From contig NIVC01004591.1 in the NCBI GenBank assembly GCA_002269645.1, positions 1 to 41,096 on the forward strand: a DNA stretch of 41,096 bases. Direction: 5' to 3'. This document shows positions 12,328-24,076 of this stretch, piece by piece (the stretch's first letter is position 1; the number at the start of each line of letters is the position of its first letter). The notes under the pieces are model-generated. The model saw nothing but the letters and a program-made list of their open reading frames with translations, did no database searches and was not told the DNA's origin. The position numbers and the translations under genes were made by a program. The DNA comes from Macrostomum lignano. Lineage: Eukaryota.

Positions 12328-13165
12328 ATATTCACTGATATCGAAAAGAAGGGAGAGAAAGTAACATATACTGTAATGGCGATGTCGTAGGTTATTAGAT
12401 AATTTCAAAGTCCCAAGAGACACCAAGTTCAGTGCGACCGGGGCCAATGAAGCCCATTTGGCTCGTATAACGAGGACTGAGAGCCTTGGGCTATTTTATT
12501 GATCTCAGAATCAGTCATCGGAGAAAATGAAGGACAGAGTCACTACAGCTACTCGTGCGAGCTGATGGCAATGATTTTAATTCGAGTATGTGACTTTCGG
12601 ATCGTGACTTGCCCGTTCCCAGATGACTTTCTGTCTGCGGCCTCTGCATATTCAGTCGAATGCTTTTTGATCAAATTCTTTTGTCGAACTCGCCTTAGCG
12701 CATCCTGCTTACGTTCTGCTCTAGCTTTTAATCCGGTCATATTTCAGAAATTCCTATCCTAAATTTTAATAAAAAAACCTATCTTTGGGACCAAAGGGGC
12801 GCCACAGCCCTACGCAAACGAACGCCAGCCACTGAGAACAGCTTAGAAAAAATAAAAAAATAAAGAAACTTTCTATTATTTCTACTCAAAAATCTGTTGG
12901 TAAGTAGTAACTGTCGCAGATGGTAAAATAAATGGGTTTCTGTCTTACTCGGCATTCAGTTATAATCATTTTAGAAAATGAATCTCTCGAATCGGGTATT
13001 TCAATGTCAATCAGATTTTCAGTCTTTGCGAGCTTATGCCCAATCTGGTTTTTAGGAAGGCTAAAATAATGATAATTTAAGCCGGGCGAAACTGAGCAAA
13101 TGATGAAAGTTCGAACGAAGCCTAATGGATTGAAATCTGATTGAAAATTCAACAAGCCAACAGCC

Positions 13166-13170
13166 AGAGA

Positions 13171-13245
<75 letters not shown>
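13166..13245. repeat. (GA)n microsatellite ~250 bp upstream of the GPCR start
   Basis: Direct observation. Confidence 0.95.
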
Positions 13246-13248
<3 letters not shown>

Positions 13249-13500
13249 CCAAAGGCTTCCTGATCAGTAGGGAGCAGCCGATATTTGTCAGCGATTGGGT
13301 GGCCCATCGACACTCGCAGACAGGAGGAGGGGGTGAGAGCCGAGCTGTCTGTCATTCTTGGCCAATCCTCAGCCAATGACAGCTGCGCCCTATACCCTAT
13401 CTATAATTCATTAATAGTTTGGGGACAGCGTTGGCCTACGCAAGGCCACACTGAACCCTCTCTGTAGCCCGTAGTCTCAGGACTCTGTAAGCCACACAGC

Positions 13501-14079
13501 ATGTCAGGCACGGGTGTTCAGCTGCCGTTTTTTCAACCGTCTCTACAGAAACAGTCAGCTGGCAACGGAACCGTTGTCGGTAACTACAGCATGCCGCCGC
13601 TGGACCCTCGCTGGGTGAACTGCTCCCATCACTGGAAGAGTCGGACCCATTCAAGCGACACTGCCGCTATGCGTCGGTTTTATGTCTGCATGAACGCCAG
13701 CGAACTCTTAGCGGTATTCGATTCGACTAAACACGAATTGACTGACACGAGAAACAGGGAGTTCCCGATTCTGGTTGGCATCATCAGCGTCTACGCCTTG
13801 TTTATCCTGTTCGGCACATTCGGCAATGGCATGGTCATCTACACGGTGCTGAGGAACCGGCACATGCAGACGGCCAGGAACCTGTTCATCGTGAACCTGG
13901 CCGTGTCCGACTTCACCCTCTGCGCCGTCACGCAGCCGCTCAATATTATTCGACTGTTTCAATACTATGTCGGCTGGCCACTGGGAATGGCATTGTGCAA
14001 GATGGCAAACATGCTGACTGGAGTGAACATGTTTGTGTCTGCTTTCTCCATCACGGCTGTGGCTCTTGATCGATTCAGG
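13501..14079 (+). CDS. Rhodopsin-family peptide GPCR, neuropeptide Y/F receptor-like, exon 1 (N-terminus to TM3)
   Basis: GTFGNGMVIYTVLRNRHMQTARNLFIVNLAVSDFTLCAVTQP (TM1-GN, TM2-NLAxxD), W-P-L-G-x-x-LCK, and AVALDRFR, followed by a phase-0 donor AGG|GTGAGT (579 nt = 193 codons). The exact start Met is uncertain. Confidence 0.93.
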
Positions 14080-14139
14080 GTGAGTTCTGCTCAATTCGAT
14101 CATGCTTCCTGCTCTTGTAACTGAAATACAATAATAATG

Positions 14140-14390
14140 ATTGATTACACCTGCCACAATGGATGTGCAACCGACAGCTCAGCCGCAGCTATTGCGCGGC
14201 GCATCTGAAGGCTGCGTACGGCTGTTCAGTTCAAGGACTGGGGGGTCGCCACACAGCCTCAATTACCCCAGCTAATGCTGGCACCCATTTTACAGCTGGG
14301 TGAACTGAAGCAATGCAGAGTTAAGTGTCTTGCTCAAGGGAATCGACCCTCCGACCTTCAAGTCATGAGTCCGACGCTCTGTCCGTCCAC
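14140..14390 (-). mobile_element. tRNA-derived SINE, copy 1 (in GPCR intron)
   Basis: Reverse complement matches 23802-24076: degenerate tRNA-like head, core TTGAGCAAGACACT...CACCCAGCTGTAAAATGGGTGCC, and a shared 3' tail. Confidence 0.85.
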
Positions 14391-14484
14391 TTTCCAGTCC
14401 TTCAGAGTAAGGCAGAAGTTGTCTTAAAAGAGAGACACCATCTGTTAATCCGATCTGACAGATACTGCATTCGGTCTAAACTAT

Positions 14485-14670
14485 GGGGCCGTAGCCAGCG
14501 TTCCAGCGCGGCGCTCTGGTGTGCCAGCGGCCCAGGCTCGATTCCCAGTGCAGTCACATTAATTTGGGGCTAAATTGGAATCTCGGCTTGGCTCTGCTCG
14601 TGTAATTCACGGCCTTGAAGGCCAACCCCCAAGGCACAGTGAAGTGTACATGCCTAACGATAAATAAAGT
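14485..14670 (+). mobile_element. Possible second, degenerate tRNA-derived SINE
   Basis: GGGGCCGTAGCCAGCG...GGCTCGATTCCC resembles pol III A/B boxes, with AATAAA near 14663. Only one copy in the window. Confidence 0.35.
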
Positions 14671-15949
14671 TAGTGCCGCTGTGCACTCCTGTGTGAGTGT
14701 GTGCCTGTGCGTATGACTGCGTACGTATCCGCGCGCTTGTGTGCTTGCAGCTCATGGGCAGCAATGCCTCTCGCCGGTTGTGTGACAATGTCGCTTAAAG
14801 TGCACCAGGGTGCACACAGCCAATGCCTCTAATAAAAAATAATGGTCGAAACTCTAAGCAGCTACCTATAGATTTGATGGAGCTTCAGTTTAAGCAGCGT
14901 CACTTTAGCAATGCATTTTTAGCGAGCAGTCAGATCCATTCCGCTGCACCTGCACAGCGGCCCTCACTTTCTCATGGTGAAACAGTGTGTGTACACACTT
15001 TGTGCTGTTGTGGTTGGCCTCTCATGAGCGAGAATCACACAAGCTGCAAATTAATGTGGTCGCAGCTGCAGAGCAGAGCTACTCCAGCTCGCACATACCC
15101 CCAGTGTACAAGGGATTTAGCAACCTGTCAGTCAAGAGCCCCACTGTGCGGGTAGCATGAGGCACACACAGCTCCGAGGTGGCTATCAACATTGTGCTTG
15201 AGTCTCACCTGCAATACGTGAAGTGTTTATAAATGGGAAAGACAGGCAAGGCGCAGAAGTAGCGCGCAGCTTGAAATGGACCAGCAGCTCCCCAGTAAAA
15301 ATTCAATTTAGCTCAAAAGAAATCGCTGCAGGATTTGCTCAAAGCCGCTTGCAGTCTGAAAATCTTTAAACCCGCCATTTTCAGGGACTCGGCATTGCGG
15401 CTGTCTCCCTCTCCGTCTCCCACTCACTCTAACACGCGCTCGCCCTCTCTAAGAGTGAGCTGGCCTCATTCCCGGTTGAAATTCAGCTCAAGCCAAAGCC
15501 GCTCTTCTGCTCCAACAGAGAAAATAGTGGGATATGACAGCTGCCCTTCTTCTCCCACACCTCCGCTCGCTCTTTCTGCATGCAGTTCCTCCTCCTTGTC
15601 CTCCCAATCAGCGCCCAATTGAACTGATCCCCAGATCTCTTGGGGTGGCCGAATATCGCAGAATTGTTTCTTAGAACTTCACACCTCCCTCTCCCTAAAT
15701 GGAGAGCTTGATTGAACTGGACAGACCGCCTACGCTCAGCCTACAGCGGGTATACTTTCGGCAGAACTAAGACAAGCGCTGATTTGAGTAGCCAACATAC
15801 TTAAGCCGCGCATATGAGAAGTACAAAATGGATTTTGAAAAACACACTTCTGCTTGATCGCTACTTGCCAACCTGCGAACGAGAGGACTTCTGTCGGCTT
15901 GCTCTCAACTGTCTCGTCTGGCTTTATCTGAGATCTCAACACGCTTTCA

Positions 15950-16370
15950 TCCTATCCCTCATCTCTCTCATCTAACCAATCTCTTGTCTCTCTCTTTCAT
16001 CTCTCTAACCTCACTAGTCTCTCTCTTATCTCTCTCACCTCTCTCACCTCTCTCATCTCTCATCTCTCTCATCTCGTATCTCTCCCTCTCATCTCTCTTA
16101 CGCTCATTTCCCTCTCATCTCTCTCTCATTTCCCTCTCATCTCTCTCTCATCTCTCTCTGATCTCTCTAATCTCTCTCTCATCTCTAATGTCTCTCATAT
16201 CTTTCATCTCTCTCTTTCTCATCTCTCTCATCTCTCTCATCTCTCTCATCTTTCTCATCTCTCTCATCTCTCTCTCATCTCTCATCTCTCACCTTCCTCT
16301 AATATCTCTTTTATCTCTCATCTCTTTCATCCGTCTCATCTGTCATCTCTCTCTCGTCTCCCGTCTCTCT
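15950..16370. repeat. CT-rich low-complexity tract (TCTCTCA-like)
   Basis: Direct observation, in the GPCR intron. Confidence 0.9.
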
Positions 16371-17894
16371 AGCTGCAGTATTGCTGCAGCACCACTCACC
16401 CAGTCCGCCTATCAACACGGCCGACTGTGTTCCTCGAAAGCATTTCTTTTCTCAACGTTGAGAAGCTCTCGTCAGTCCCGTCGTGATTTGAATGCGCTGT
16501 GCATCTGCTCAGCGCCCTCCCACGAGGGTGGAATCTATTTCGGCTTTATTAAAAGGCAGCTGGGCTCTCATCTCAAATCCACTGCAGAACGTCCAACGTA
16601 TTTTCCAACTAAATCTCGAATTATTTGGGCAAGAGAAGGCTTTCAGTCATTTTTTCCGCTCCCATAAGCTGGATAATTCCCGGCGGATATGAAATTTTCT
16701 TCTATGAGCGCATCTCGCATAGATTTCTTCTATAAAAGACTCTCAGAAAGGATTTAAACCCTTGTGTTTTTGTCAGTTGAAGACGAATTTACTCCGTAAT
16801 TGCTCGCGCGGTCGTGCGCGAGCAAAGCCGAATCGAGGAACGAAAGGAGGCTGTAATATTTTTCCTGAGAGACAAATTTCGGTACAACAGCAGAAGAAAA
16901 TAAAGTGAGATTTCTCAAGCAGCTTGTCTGGAGCATCCCGGACACGGGCTGACTTCTACTTTTTTTCGCCTTAGTCTTGCCCTCGCTACTATCTAAAATG
17001 GAGCGTTGGTCACGAACGCCAAGTCTCCGAGAGCAGCTTCTCCAAGTATCCTTTTAATTAGAAGCAATTGTGCTGCAAAAAAGTTGGAGGAATAAGACGC
17101 ACCAGAGAGCTCCTCCGGCCAAACAATTTGTATCAAATAGGATTGCCGATAAAGGAGGCCGTGCCGCGGCTTACACTTGATCCCATCAGCCCGCCGGGCC
17201 CCCTCGGGGCGGTACATGGTGGACGGGGCGTTGATTGCATTAGCCTTGACGCTAATCAGGTTTCCCGCTTCCCTGCTTCCTGCTTCTTCCCTGCCTACAG
17301 TGAAAGGCAGCTATGCGGTCGGGCAGGGACACCTTCAACGAGACCGCATAGTGTCTCGTGGGCAAGTTGTCCTTGGATTCGAGAGCCGCCGTGACACTCC
17401 TGATTACGCGACCAACCGAGACAGCTCGCTAACTCGATCTGCTTTGCCTTCTTCCTCTCCATTCGATCTACGCTTCTCGTCCCGAGCACGGATACAAAAA
17501 GAAAAGAAATTAGTTCAATTAACAACTTTTCTTCTTGGCAGCTTCTGCTACTAGAGGCAAAGTCTGAAATAGCATATACTAGGTGCTGTAGGTGGCCTAG
17601 CTGGCGTGATGCTAACGTGACTTAGCAACCCGACCCCTCTGCAGATGAGTTTGTTTTGCCGTTTCCGCCCTTGCCGGGTCCAGGATGCACCACACGGAAA
17701 GGAAAGATAGGAGATCCTTTTCATTAATCACAGGGACTTATTGGTACACTATTATTCCTTTTAGAAGGAAGGAAATGAACGAATTCTGCAACTACGGCGA
17801 CCTGTCCCCCTTTAACGATACTTCATGGACTTAGTGTTAGCGTTATTTTAGGATTTAATCCAGCCAAAAATAGGTCAGAAAGGAGAAAAAGAGT

Positions 17895-18592
17895 CAGATG
17901 GGAGATAAGAACAGACTGGAGATAAGGGACAGAAGGGAGATAAGGGACAGTAGGAAGATAAGGACAGAATGGACATAAGGACAGACAGAACGGGAGATAA
18001 GGACAGAAGGGAGATAAGGACAGAAGGGAGATAAGGACAGAAGGCAGATAAGGACAGAAGGGAGATAAGGACAGAAGGGAGATAAGGACAGAAGGCAGAT
18101 AAGGACAAAAGGGAGATAAGGACAGAAGGGAGATAAGGACAGAAGGCAGATAAGGACAGAAGGGAGATAAGGACAGAAGGGAGATAAGGACAGAAGGCAG
18201 ATAAGGACAAAAGGGAGATAAGGACAGAAGGGAGATAAGGACAGAAGGCAGATAAGGACAGAAGGCAGATAAGGACAGAGAGAGATAAGGACAGAGGAGA
18301 GATAAGGACAGAATGGAGATAAGGACAGAAGGCAGATAAGGACAGAAGGGAGATAAGGACAGAAGGCAGATCAGGACAGAAGGGAGATAAGGACAGAAGG
18401 CAGATAAGGACAGAAGAGAGATAAGGACAGACAGAAGGGAGATAAGGACAGAGGAAAGATAAGGACAGACAGAAGGGAGATAAGGACAAAGGAGAGATAA
18501 GGACAGACAGAAGGGAGATAAGGACAGAGGAGAGATAAGGACAGACAGAAGGGAGATAAGGACAGAAGGGAGATAAGGACAGACAGAAGGGA
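17895..18592. repeat. 17-bp minisatellite (GATAAGGACAGAAGGSA)
   Basis: About 40 units with a 51-bp higher-order period (17-aa periodicity in the shadow ORF). Confidence 0.93.
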
Positions 18593-19099
18593 AATAAAAG
18601 CCAGCAGTGAGGGGAAAGGAAGGTACTAAGGGAGAGATTTCTAAGCTTAATTTCAGCGGTGATAGTGCGCCAATATTGCAAGAAAGTAGCTCCCACCTCG
18701 GTGGGAAGAAAAGTTGCTATCCGCATAGAGTTTAGATTTCGTGACAAATTAGAACTCTGAGCCTTGATCCTGACAAGATTTAAGCGAGTCGAGAAGGCGG
18801 CAGGCTAGCACGTGACTCGCCTCAGAAATAAATGGTTAGGATGGGTATACGATCCCTGCAGCTTCTGTATTGCTGCTTTCAACTCGTCACGCATCTCAGT
18901 TTAGGAAAGGCTCAAGCTCACTCTCGTGCAGAAGAGCTATACTACATGCAATTGCAGCTAAATTTGACATTTTGGTGACCTAAGCATGATTCTGCGTCTA
19001 CCTGCGTGCGTGCGGCCTTTGTGTCTTAGTGTGTCCCAAAATTTTTACATCTAGAGCCAAAAAAAGAGTCTAGATCATTGCGGCGGGTTTAGGTGAGAA

Positions 19100-19322
19100 A
19101 GAAATAGGGAATAGATCAAAGAAAAGAGGAGAGAGGAGATGAGAGATGAGAGGTGAGAGGCGAGATGAGAGGAGACGTGAGAGGAGAGAGAAGACAGAAG
19201 AGGGGAGAGAGGAGAGGAGACAATAGACAAACGATGAGCAAGCGGATTTAATGGACCCGAGGGCCGGATAGAGAGGCTTCAAGGCCCCATGTGGCCGGCG
19301 GACCGGATTTTGCCGACTCCTG
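19100..19322 (-). mobile_element. hAT-like MITE terminal fragment
   Basis: Reverse complement CAGGAGTCGGCAAAATCCGG...GAAGCCTCTCTATCCGGCCCTCG is homologous to 24554 onward, followed by a CT-rich tract. The other end and TSD were not found. Confidence 0.5.
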
Positions 19323-19514
19323 CTTTAATTAAAGTAAATAGAACTAATTTTAGGTTGCTTTCAACAAAATTTTTAAGGTAAAAACACCTTGACTGACGCA
19401 GCGCTGGTTGTGGGACGATTTATCGCCAAAGGCGTTGCGACAGGGTGCCTGCAGCCCTCCTGCAAATATTTTATTTACTTTTACAAGGCACTCCGCTCTC
19501 CCGACTCCGAGCAG

Positions 19515-20402
19515 GTGATCCTGTACCCGACACGGACCCAGATCAGCAAGACCAACCTGGCCCTCACCCTGCTGTGCATCTGGGGCTCCGCCTGTCTGGT
19601 CGCCAGCCCGCTGGCCGTCTTTGCCACCAACGCCTTCAACAAGCTGATGATCCCGCCGGTGAACCTGTGCATGGAGAGCCCGGAGAGCTGGCTGGTCAAG
19701 CTGGTGTACAGCATCGCCGCCATGCTGCTGCAGTCGGTCCTGCCGCTGACCATCGTGTCCGCGGCTTACGCCGTCATCTACCATCGCATGCAGCAGCGCG
19801 CCCGCCAGACCAAGGAGCGGCGCGCCCTGACCGCCGCCACCGGGGTTGCCGCCGAGCGCGCCGCCGCCGAAGCGATGCGACAGCGCCGGGCCACTGGCCT
19901 ACTGGTTGCCATCAGCGTCACATTCGGCATCAGCTGGCTGCCGTTGAGCGTCGGCAACGTCATTCACGATTGGCGCTATTTCCGCGCACCGAAGCAGCTC
20001 CAGGAGTGGAAGAACGGACCGCCAGCCTCCGAGTCCAGCAGCAACAGCAACATCCTGATTGTGGCCTCTCAGTGCGCCACTCTGCTCATCGTGCTGGTGT
20101 CCGCCTGTCTCAATCCCATCTTCTACGGCTGGTTCAACGAGAATTTTCAAACGGAGTTCCAACGGATGCTCTGCTCGAGTCGGCTGGCCGTGGGCAGGTT
20201 CAAGTTTCAGCAGCCGCAGACGCAGCAGAAGGAAAAGCAGCAGCAGCAGCAGCAGCAGCAGGAGCAGCAACCAGAGGCCATTCCACTGGCTTGTCTAGAC
20301 GCCAATGGCGACGCCAAGGACAGCGGCGACGGCGACGAGGGCGGAAAAGTCCTGCTGACCGTGGCGGAGGTGGAGCCATCGCTTGAAAGCGGTTTCGTTT
20401 GA
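19515..20402 (+). CDS. NPY/NPF receptor-like GPCR, exon 2 (ICL2 to C-terminus, poly-Q tail)
   Basis: gagcag|GTG ATC CTG TAC CCG gives DRFR|VILYP (canonical DRY-x-x-I-x-x-P). TM6 FGISWLPL, TM7 SACLNPIFYGWFNENFQTEF (NPF-receptor-like). Spliced product about 488 aa. Confidence 0.93.
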   Translation: MILYPTRTQISKTNLALTLLCIWGSACLVASPLAVFATNAFNKLMIPPVNLCMESPESWLVKLVYSIAAMLLQSVLPLTIVSAAYAVIYHRMQQRARQTKERRALTAATGVAAERAAAEAMRQRRATGLLVAISVTFGISWLPLSVGNVIHDWRYFRAPKQLQEWKNGPPASESSSNSNILIVASQCATLLIVLVSACLNPIFYGWFNENFQTEFQRMLCSSRLAVGRFKFQQPQTQQKEKQQQQQQQQEQQPEAIPLACLDANGDAKDSGDGDEGGKVLLTVAEVEPSLESGFV

Positions 20403-20528
20403 TTATTAGATCGGTGAAATTTTGCAACCAGAGATTTCTTTCTGTGTCGTATTTTTATTTTTGCTTCTGTTTTGCTTTATTTGTAGAATTCTTGTCCAGT
20501 TGGTCTGTTGTAAGTATGCGAAGCGAGT

Positions 20529-20772
20529 AAATACTAACTGATTGAACCTGCCCAAATGGCCAGATGTGCAACCGACAGCTCAGCCAGACACAGCCTCAAT
20601 TACCCCAGCTAATGCTGGCACCCATTTTACAGCTGGGTGAACTGAAGCAATGCAGAGTTTAGTGTCTTGCTCAAGGACACAAATCGTTCCGAGTGGGATC
20701 GGGATTCGAACACCCGTCCTTTCAGTCGTAAGTAGTCGAGTCCCGACGTTTTAACCACTGGCTACAATCCCC
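20529..20772 (-). mobile_element. tRNA-derived SINE, copy 2 (just 3' of the GPCR stop)
   Basis: Reverse complement GGGGATTGTAGCCAGTGGTTAAAACG...GTTCGAATCCCG...GTGTCCTTGAGCAAGACACT. Same core and tail as the other copies, with a ~70-bp internal deletion. Confidence 0.88.
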
Positions 20773-21464
20773 TTCAGGGACAACTCAATAAATATATTGA
20801 TAAGGCTGGTATCTACTCGAGTATTGCGGTTAGCATAGCACCAATTGATGATTTACCATCATAGACAGTCTCTACACACTGATGGTCTTTTGGCCATAGA
20901 CATCCACAATTCTCTTTGTAGTCGGCCCTAAGCATGTTGAAACAAAGCTGAATCTAGCTTGCTGAGAATGTCTTTGGCCAAAAGCCCTTTGATTCAGTGC
21001 AAAGACAGCGGATGGGCACGAAATGCGGCTCACGTGTGGTTGATGCGCAAAATCTGCCCTAAAGTAAAATTTAACTGTCGCTCCCGTCAAGCAAGTAATT
21101 TGTAGCTACCATTATGAGCAAAGCCGTGATTGTATGGCACGCTTTTAAGCTAGTTCAGATATTAATGTATAATGTATATTAAACATACATTTGCAAATTC
21201 ACATCGTAAGTACGAGTAGGTACAGATTTTTTTGTCGAATGTACTGGAGACATAGGTGTTCTGGATTTATTCTGTGTATTGCTAATCTTATGCGCTTAGA
21301 AAATGCAAGTTAACAGAAATTGTGCACCCATACACGTAGCTCTTAGTGTTTTCAGATTATATATTGCCTCCTGCCCTGCGTTCCTGTTTTTGCTTGATAA
21401 ACCGCTTTTTCCAAATAGCACTGCATACTTTATATTTGGTTCGAATTGCTTCGCTTCGTGCTTC

Positions 21465-22340
21465 TCCTGCTTTCTTCTCTTTTCTCTCTCTCCCCTCTCC
21501 TCTCTACTCTTTCCGCTCTCATCTCTCCTCTCTTCTCTCGTCTCTCGTCTCTCGTCTCTCGTCTCTCGTCTCTCCTCTCTCCCCTCTCCTCTCTCCCCTC
21601 TCCTCTCTTCTCTCTTCTCTCCTCTGTCCTCTCCTCTCTACTCTTTCCGCTCTCATCTCTCCTCTCTCCTCTCGCCTCTCTCCTCTCTTTTCTCTCCTTT
21701 CTTTTCTCTCCTCTTCTCTCTCCTCTCTTTTCTCTTCTCTCCTCTCTAGTCTCTCCTCTCCTCTCTAGTCTCTCCTCTCTTCTCTTCTCTCTTCTCTCCT
21801 CTCCTCTCACCTCTCCCCTCTCTCCTCTCTCCTCTCTCCCCTCTCCTCTCTTCTCTCTTCTCTCTGTCCTCTCCTCTCTACTCTTTCCGCTCTCATCTCT
21901 CCTCTCTCCTCTCTTTTCTCTCCTTTCTTTTCTCTCCTTTCTTTTCTCTCCTCTCCTCTCTACTCTTTCCGCTCTCATCTCTCCTCTCTTCTCTCGTGTC
22001 TCTCGTCTCTCCTCTCTCCTCTCTCCCCTCTCCTCTCTTTTCTCTTCTCTCCTCTGTCCTCTCCTCTCTAGTCTCTCCTCTCTTCTCTTCTCTCTTCTCT
22101 CCTCACCTCTCTCCTCTCCCCTCTCTCCTCTCTCCTTTCTAATCTCTCTCCTTACTGCTCCTTGCTACAATTATTTTCCTCCGTTCTGGGTTTAAGATAC
22201 ATCACCCACTCGTATTTCTTATTTATCTCTCCTCTCGCTCCATCTGATCTCTTTCATTCATACCCTCCCTCTCTTGTCTCTCTTCTCTGACCACTCTCTC
22301 CCCTCTTCTTTCTCCTCTCGCCTCTATCCCGTTCCGTCCC
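21465..22340. repeat. CT-rich low-complexity tract with internal higher-order duplications
   Basis: The block CTCTCTACTCTTTCCGCTCTCATCTCTCCTC recurs at about 21500, 21635, 21875 and 21958. Confidence 0.9.
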
Positions 22341-22686
22341 CGCCCTACGGTACTGCTCTCTCAGCAAAATAATTTAATGCCAGTCCGCAAGTTTTGTCAC
22401 AAAGGTTCTTGAAGTTTAAAACAAAATTCAACGATCGATATAAACATGCTCGCATGATTTTTTTATTTTTAAAAACTTGTTTTGTTATCGTTGTCAAAAC
22501 AATTCCATCTGTTATTACGATAATATAGCATTGCCCGAAATACCGAGGATAAATCTGCAATAGAACACAATGGATGTGTTTAAGTCCACGCACTTTGATG
22601 GAATCTAAACTCAAAGATAATTCTTTTAAGTTATATATTCTTATTGATTAGGTCACTTTGCTTTAGCAATATAATCAACCAGTATA

Positions 22687-23367
22687 TCAGACAGTCCTGA
22701 TTCATGTCAAACTGTCAGTTAAATAGTCAGCTAGCATGTCAGACAGTCCTGATTCATGTCAAACTGTCAGTTAAATAGTCAGCTAGCATGTCAGACAGTC
22801 CTAATTCATGTCAAACTGTCAGTTAAATAGTCAGCTAGCATGTCAGACAGTCCTAATTCATGTCAAACTGTCAGTTAAATAGTCAGCTAGCATGTCAGAC
22901 AGTCCTAATTCATGTCAAACTGTCAGTTAAATAGTCAGCTAGCATGTCAGACAGTCCTAATTCATGTCAAACTGTCAGTTAAATAGTCAGCTAGCATGTC
23001 AGACAGTCCTAATTCATGTCAAACTGTCAGTTAAATAGTCAGCTAGCATGTCAGACAGTCCTAATTCATGTCAAACTGTCAGTTAAATAGTCAGCTAGCA
23101 TGTCAGACAGTCCTAATTCATGTCAAACTGTCAGTTAAATAGTCAGCTAGCATGTCAGACAGTCCTAATTCATGTCAAACTGTCAGTTAAACAGTCAGCT
23201 AGCATGTCAGACAGTCCTAATTCATGTCAAACTGTCAGTTAAATAGTCAGCTAGCATGTCAGACAGTCCTAATTCATGTCAAACTGTCAGTTAAACAGTC
23301 AGCTAGCATGTCAGACAGTCCTAATTCATGTCAAACTGTCAGTTAAATAGTCAGCTAGCACGTCAGA
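22687..23367. repeat. 52-bp tandem repeat, ~13 near-identical copies
   Basis: CAGACAGTCCTAATTCATGTCAAACTGTCAGTTAAATAGTCAGCTAGCATGT, no spacers. Confidence 0.96.
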
Positions 23368-23801
23368 ATCTCTTTTTTGTTTGAATGAAAATGTCAGGAA
23401 AACCTTGAAGGATTTCGAACGTCAAAATAGAGATTGCAATCAGCTTCACTCTCTCCTAGAAGAAGACTTCTCAGTTTTTTCTCTGCTGAACTACAGTAAC
23501 AACAGCGCTTTACCCAAACAGTTGGGAATGAAAAAAAGTAGTTTTTTTCTTCGAAGCCCCTCTGCGGCAACTGGGACACCCGCCTGCATGGCTAAAATGA
23601 AGTCGCAGTCACGCTTCGCTGCACCAATTCATTCGATTTAGTTACTCTATTTTCGAAGCCTTTGATCAGTGGAACTCTATTGAAGCCTACAGGTAGGTCT
23701 GTAGGATCTGCTGCTGATGTTTTCTCCCGTTTTGCTACTGCATTAATTAGTTATTTCATTTTAGTGCTTTCGTTTCTCTGATTTCTCTGATGTATTTTTA
23801 A

Positions 23802-24076
23802 GGGGGTTGTAGCCTATAGCGGTTAGAGCGTCGGACTCACTACTTGAAGGTTGGAGGTTCGATTCCTTGAGCAAGACACTTTACTCTGCATTTCTTCAGT
23901 TCACCCAGCTGTTAAATGGGTGCCAGCATTAGCTGGGGTAATTGAGGCTGTGTGGCGACCCCCCAGTCCTTGGACTGAACAGCCGTACGCAGCCTTCAGA
24001 TGCGCCGCGCAATAGCTGCGGCTGAGCTGTCGGTCGCTCATCTGCACATTGGGGCAGGTGCAATCAGTTAGTATTT
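23802..24076 (+). mobile_element. tRNA-derived SINE, copy 3
   Basis: GGGGGTTGTAGCCTATAGCGGTTAGAGCG (A-box-like)...GGTTCGATTCC (B box), then core TTGAGCAAGACACT...CACCCAGCTGTTAAATGGGTGCC, and a tail shared with copies 1 and 2. Confidence 0.88.

Noticed and set aside
16800-16825. Perfect 10-bp GC hairpin TTGCTCGCGC...GCGCGAGCAA
   Set aside because: No CTRR end nearby as expected for a Helitron, a single occurrence, and no other support.
19389-19514. 5' extension of the 337-aa GPCR ORF and overlapping 313-aa ORF (19445-20386)
   Set aside because: The extension is intron sequence that happens to be open. The overlapping ORF is a GC-rich shadow frame.
20700-23870. tRNA genes at the SINE heads (20700-20772 on -, 23802-23868 on +)
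   Set aside because: There is no complete cloverleaf and the heads are fused to a shared SINE body.
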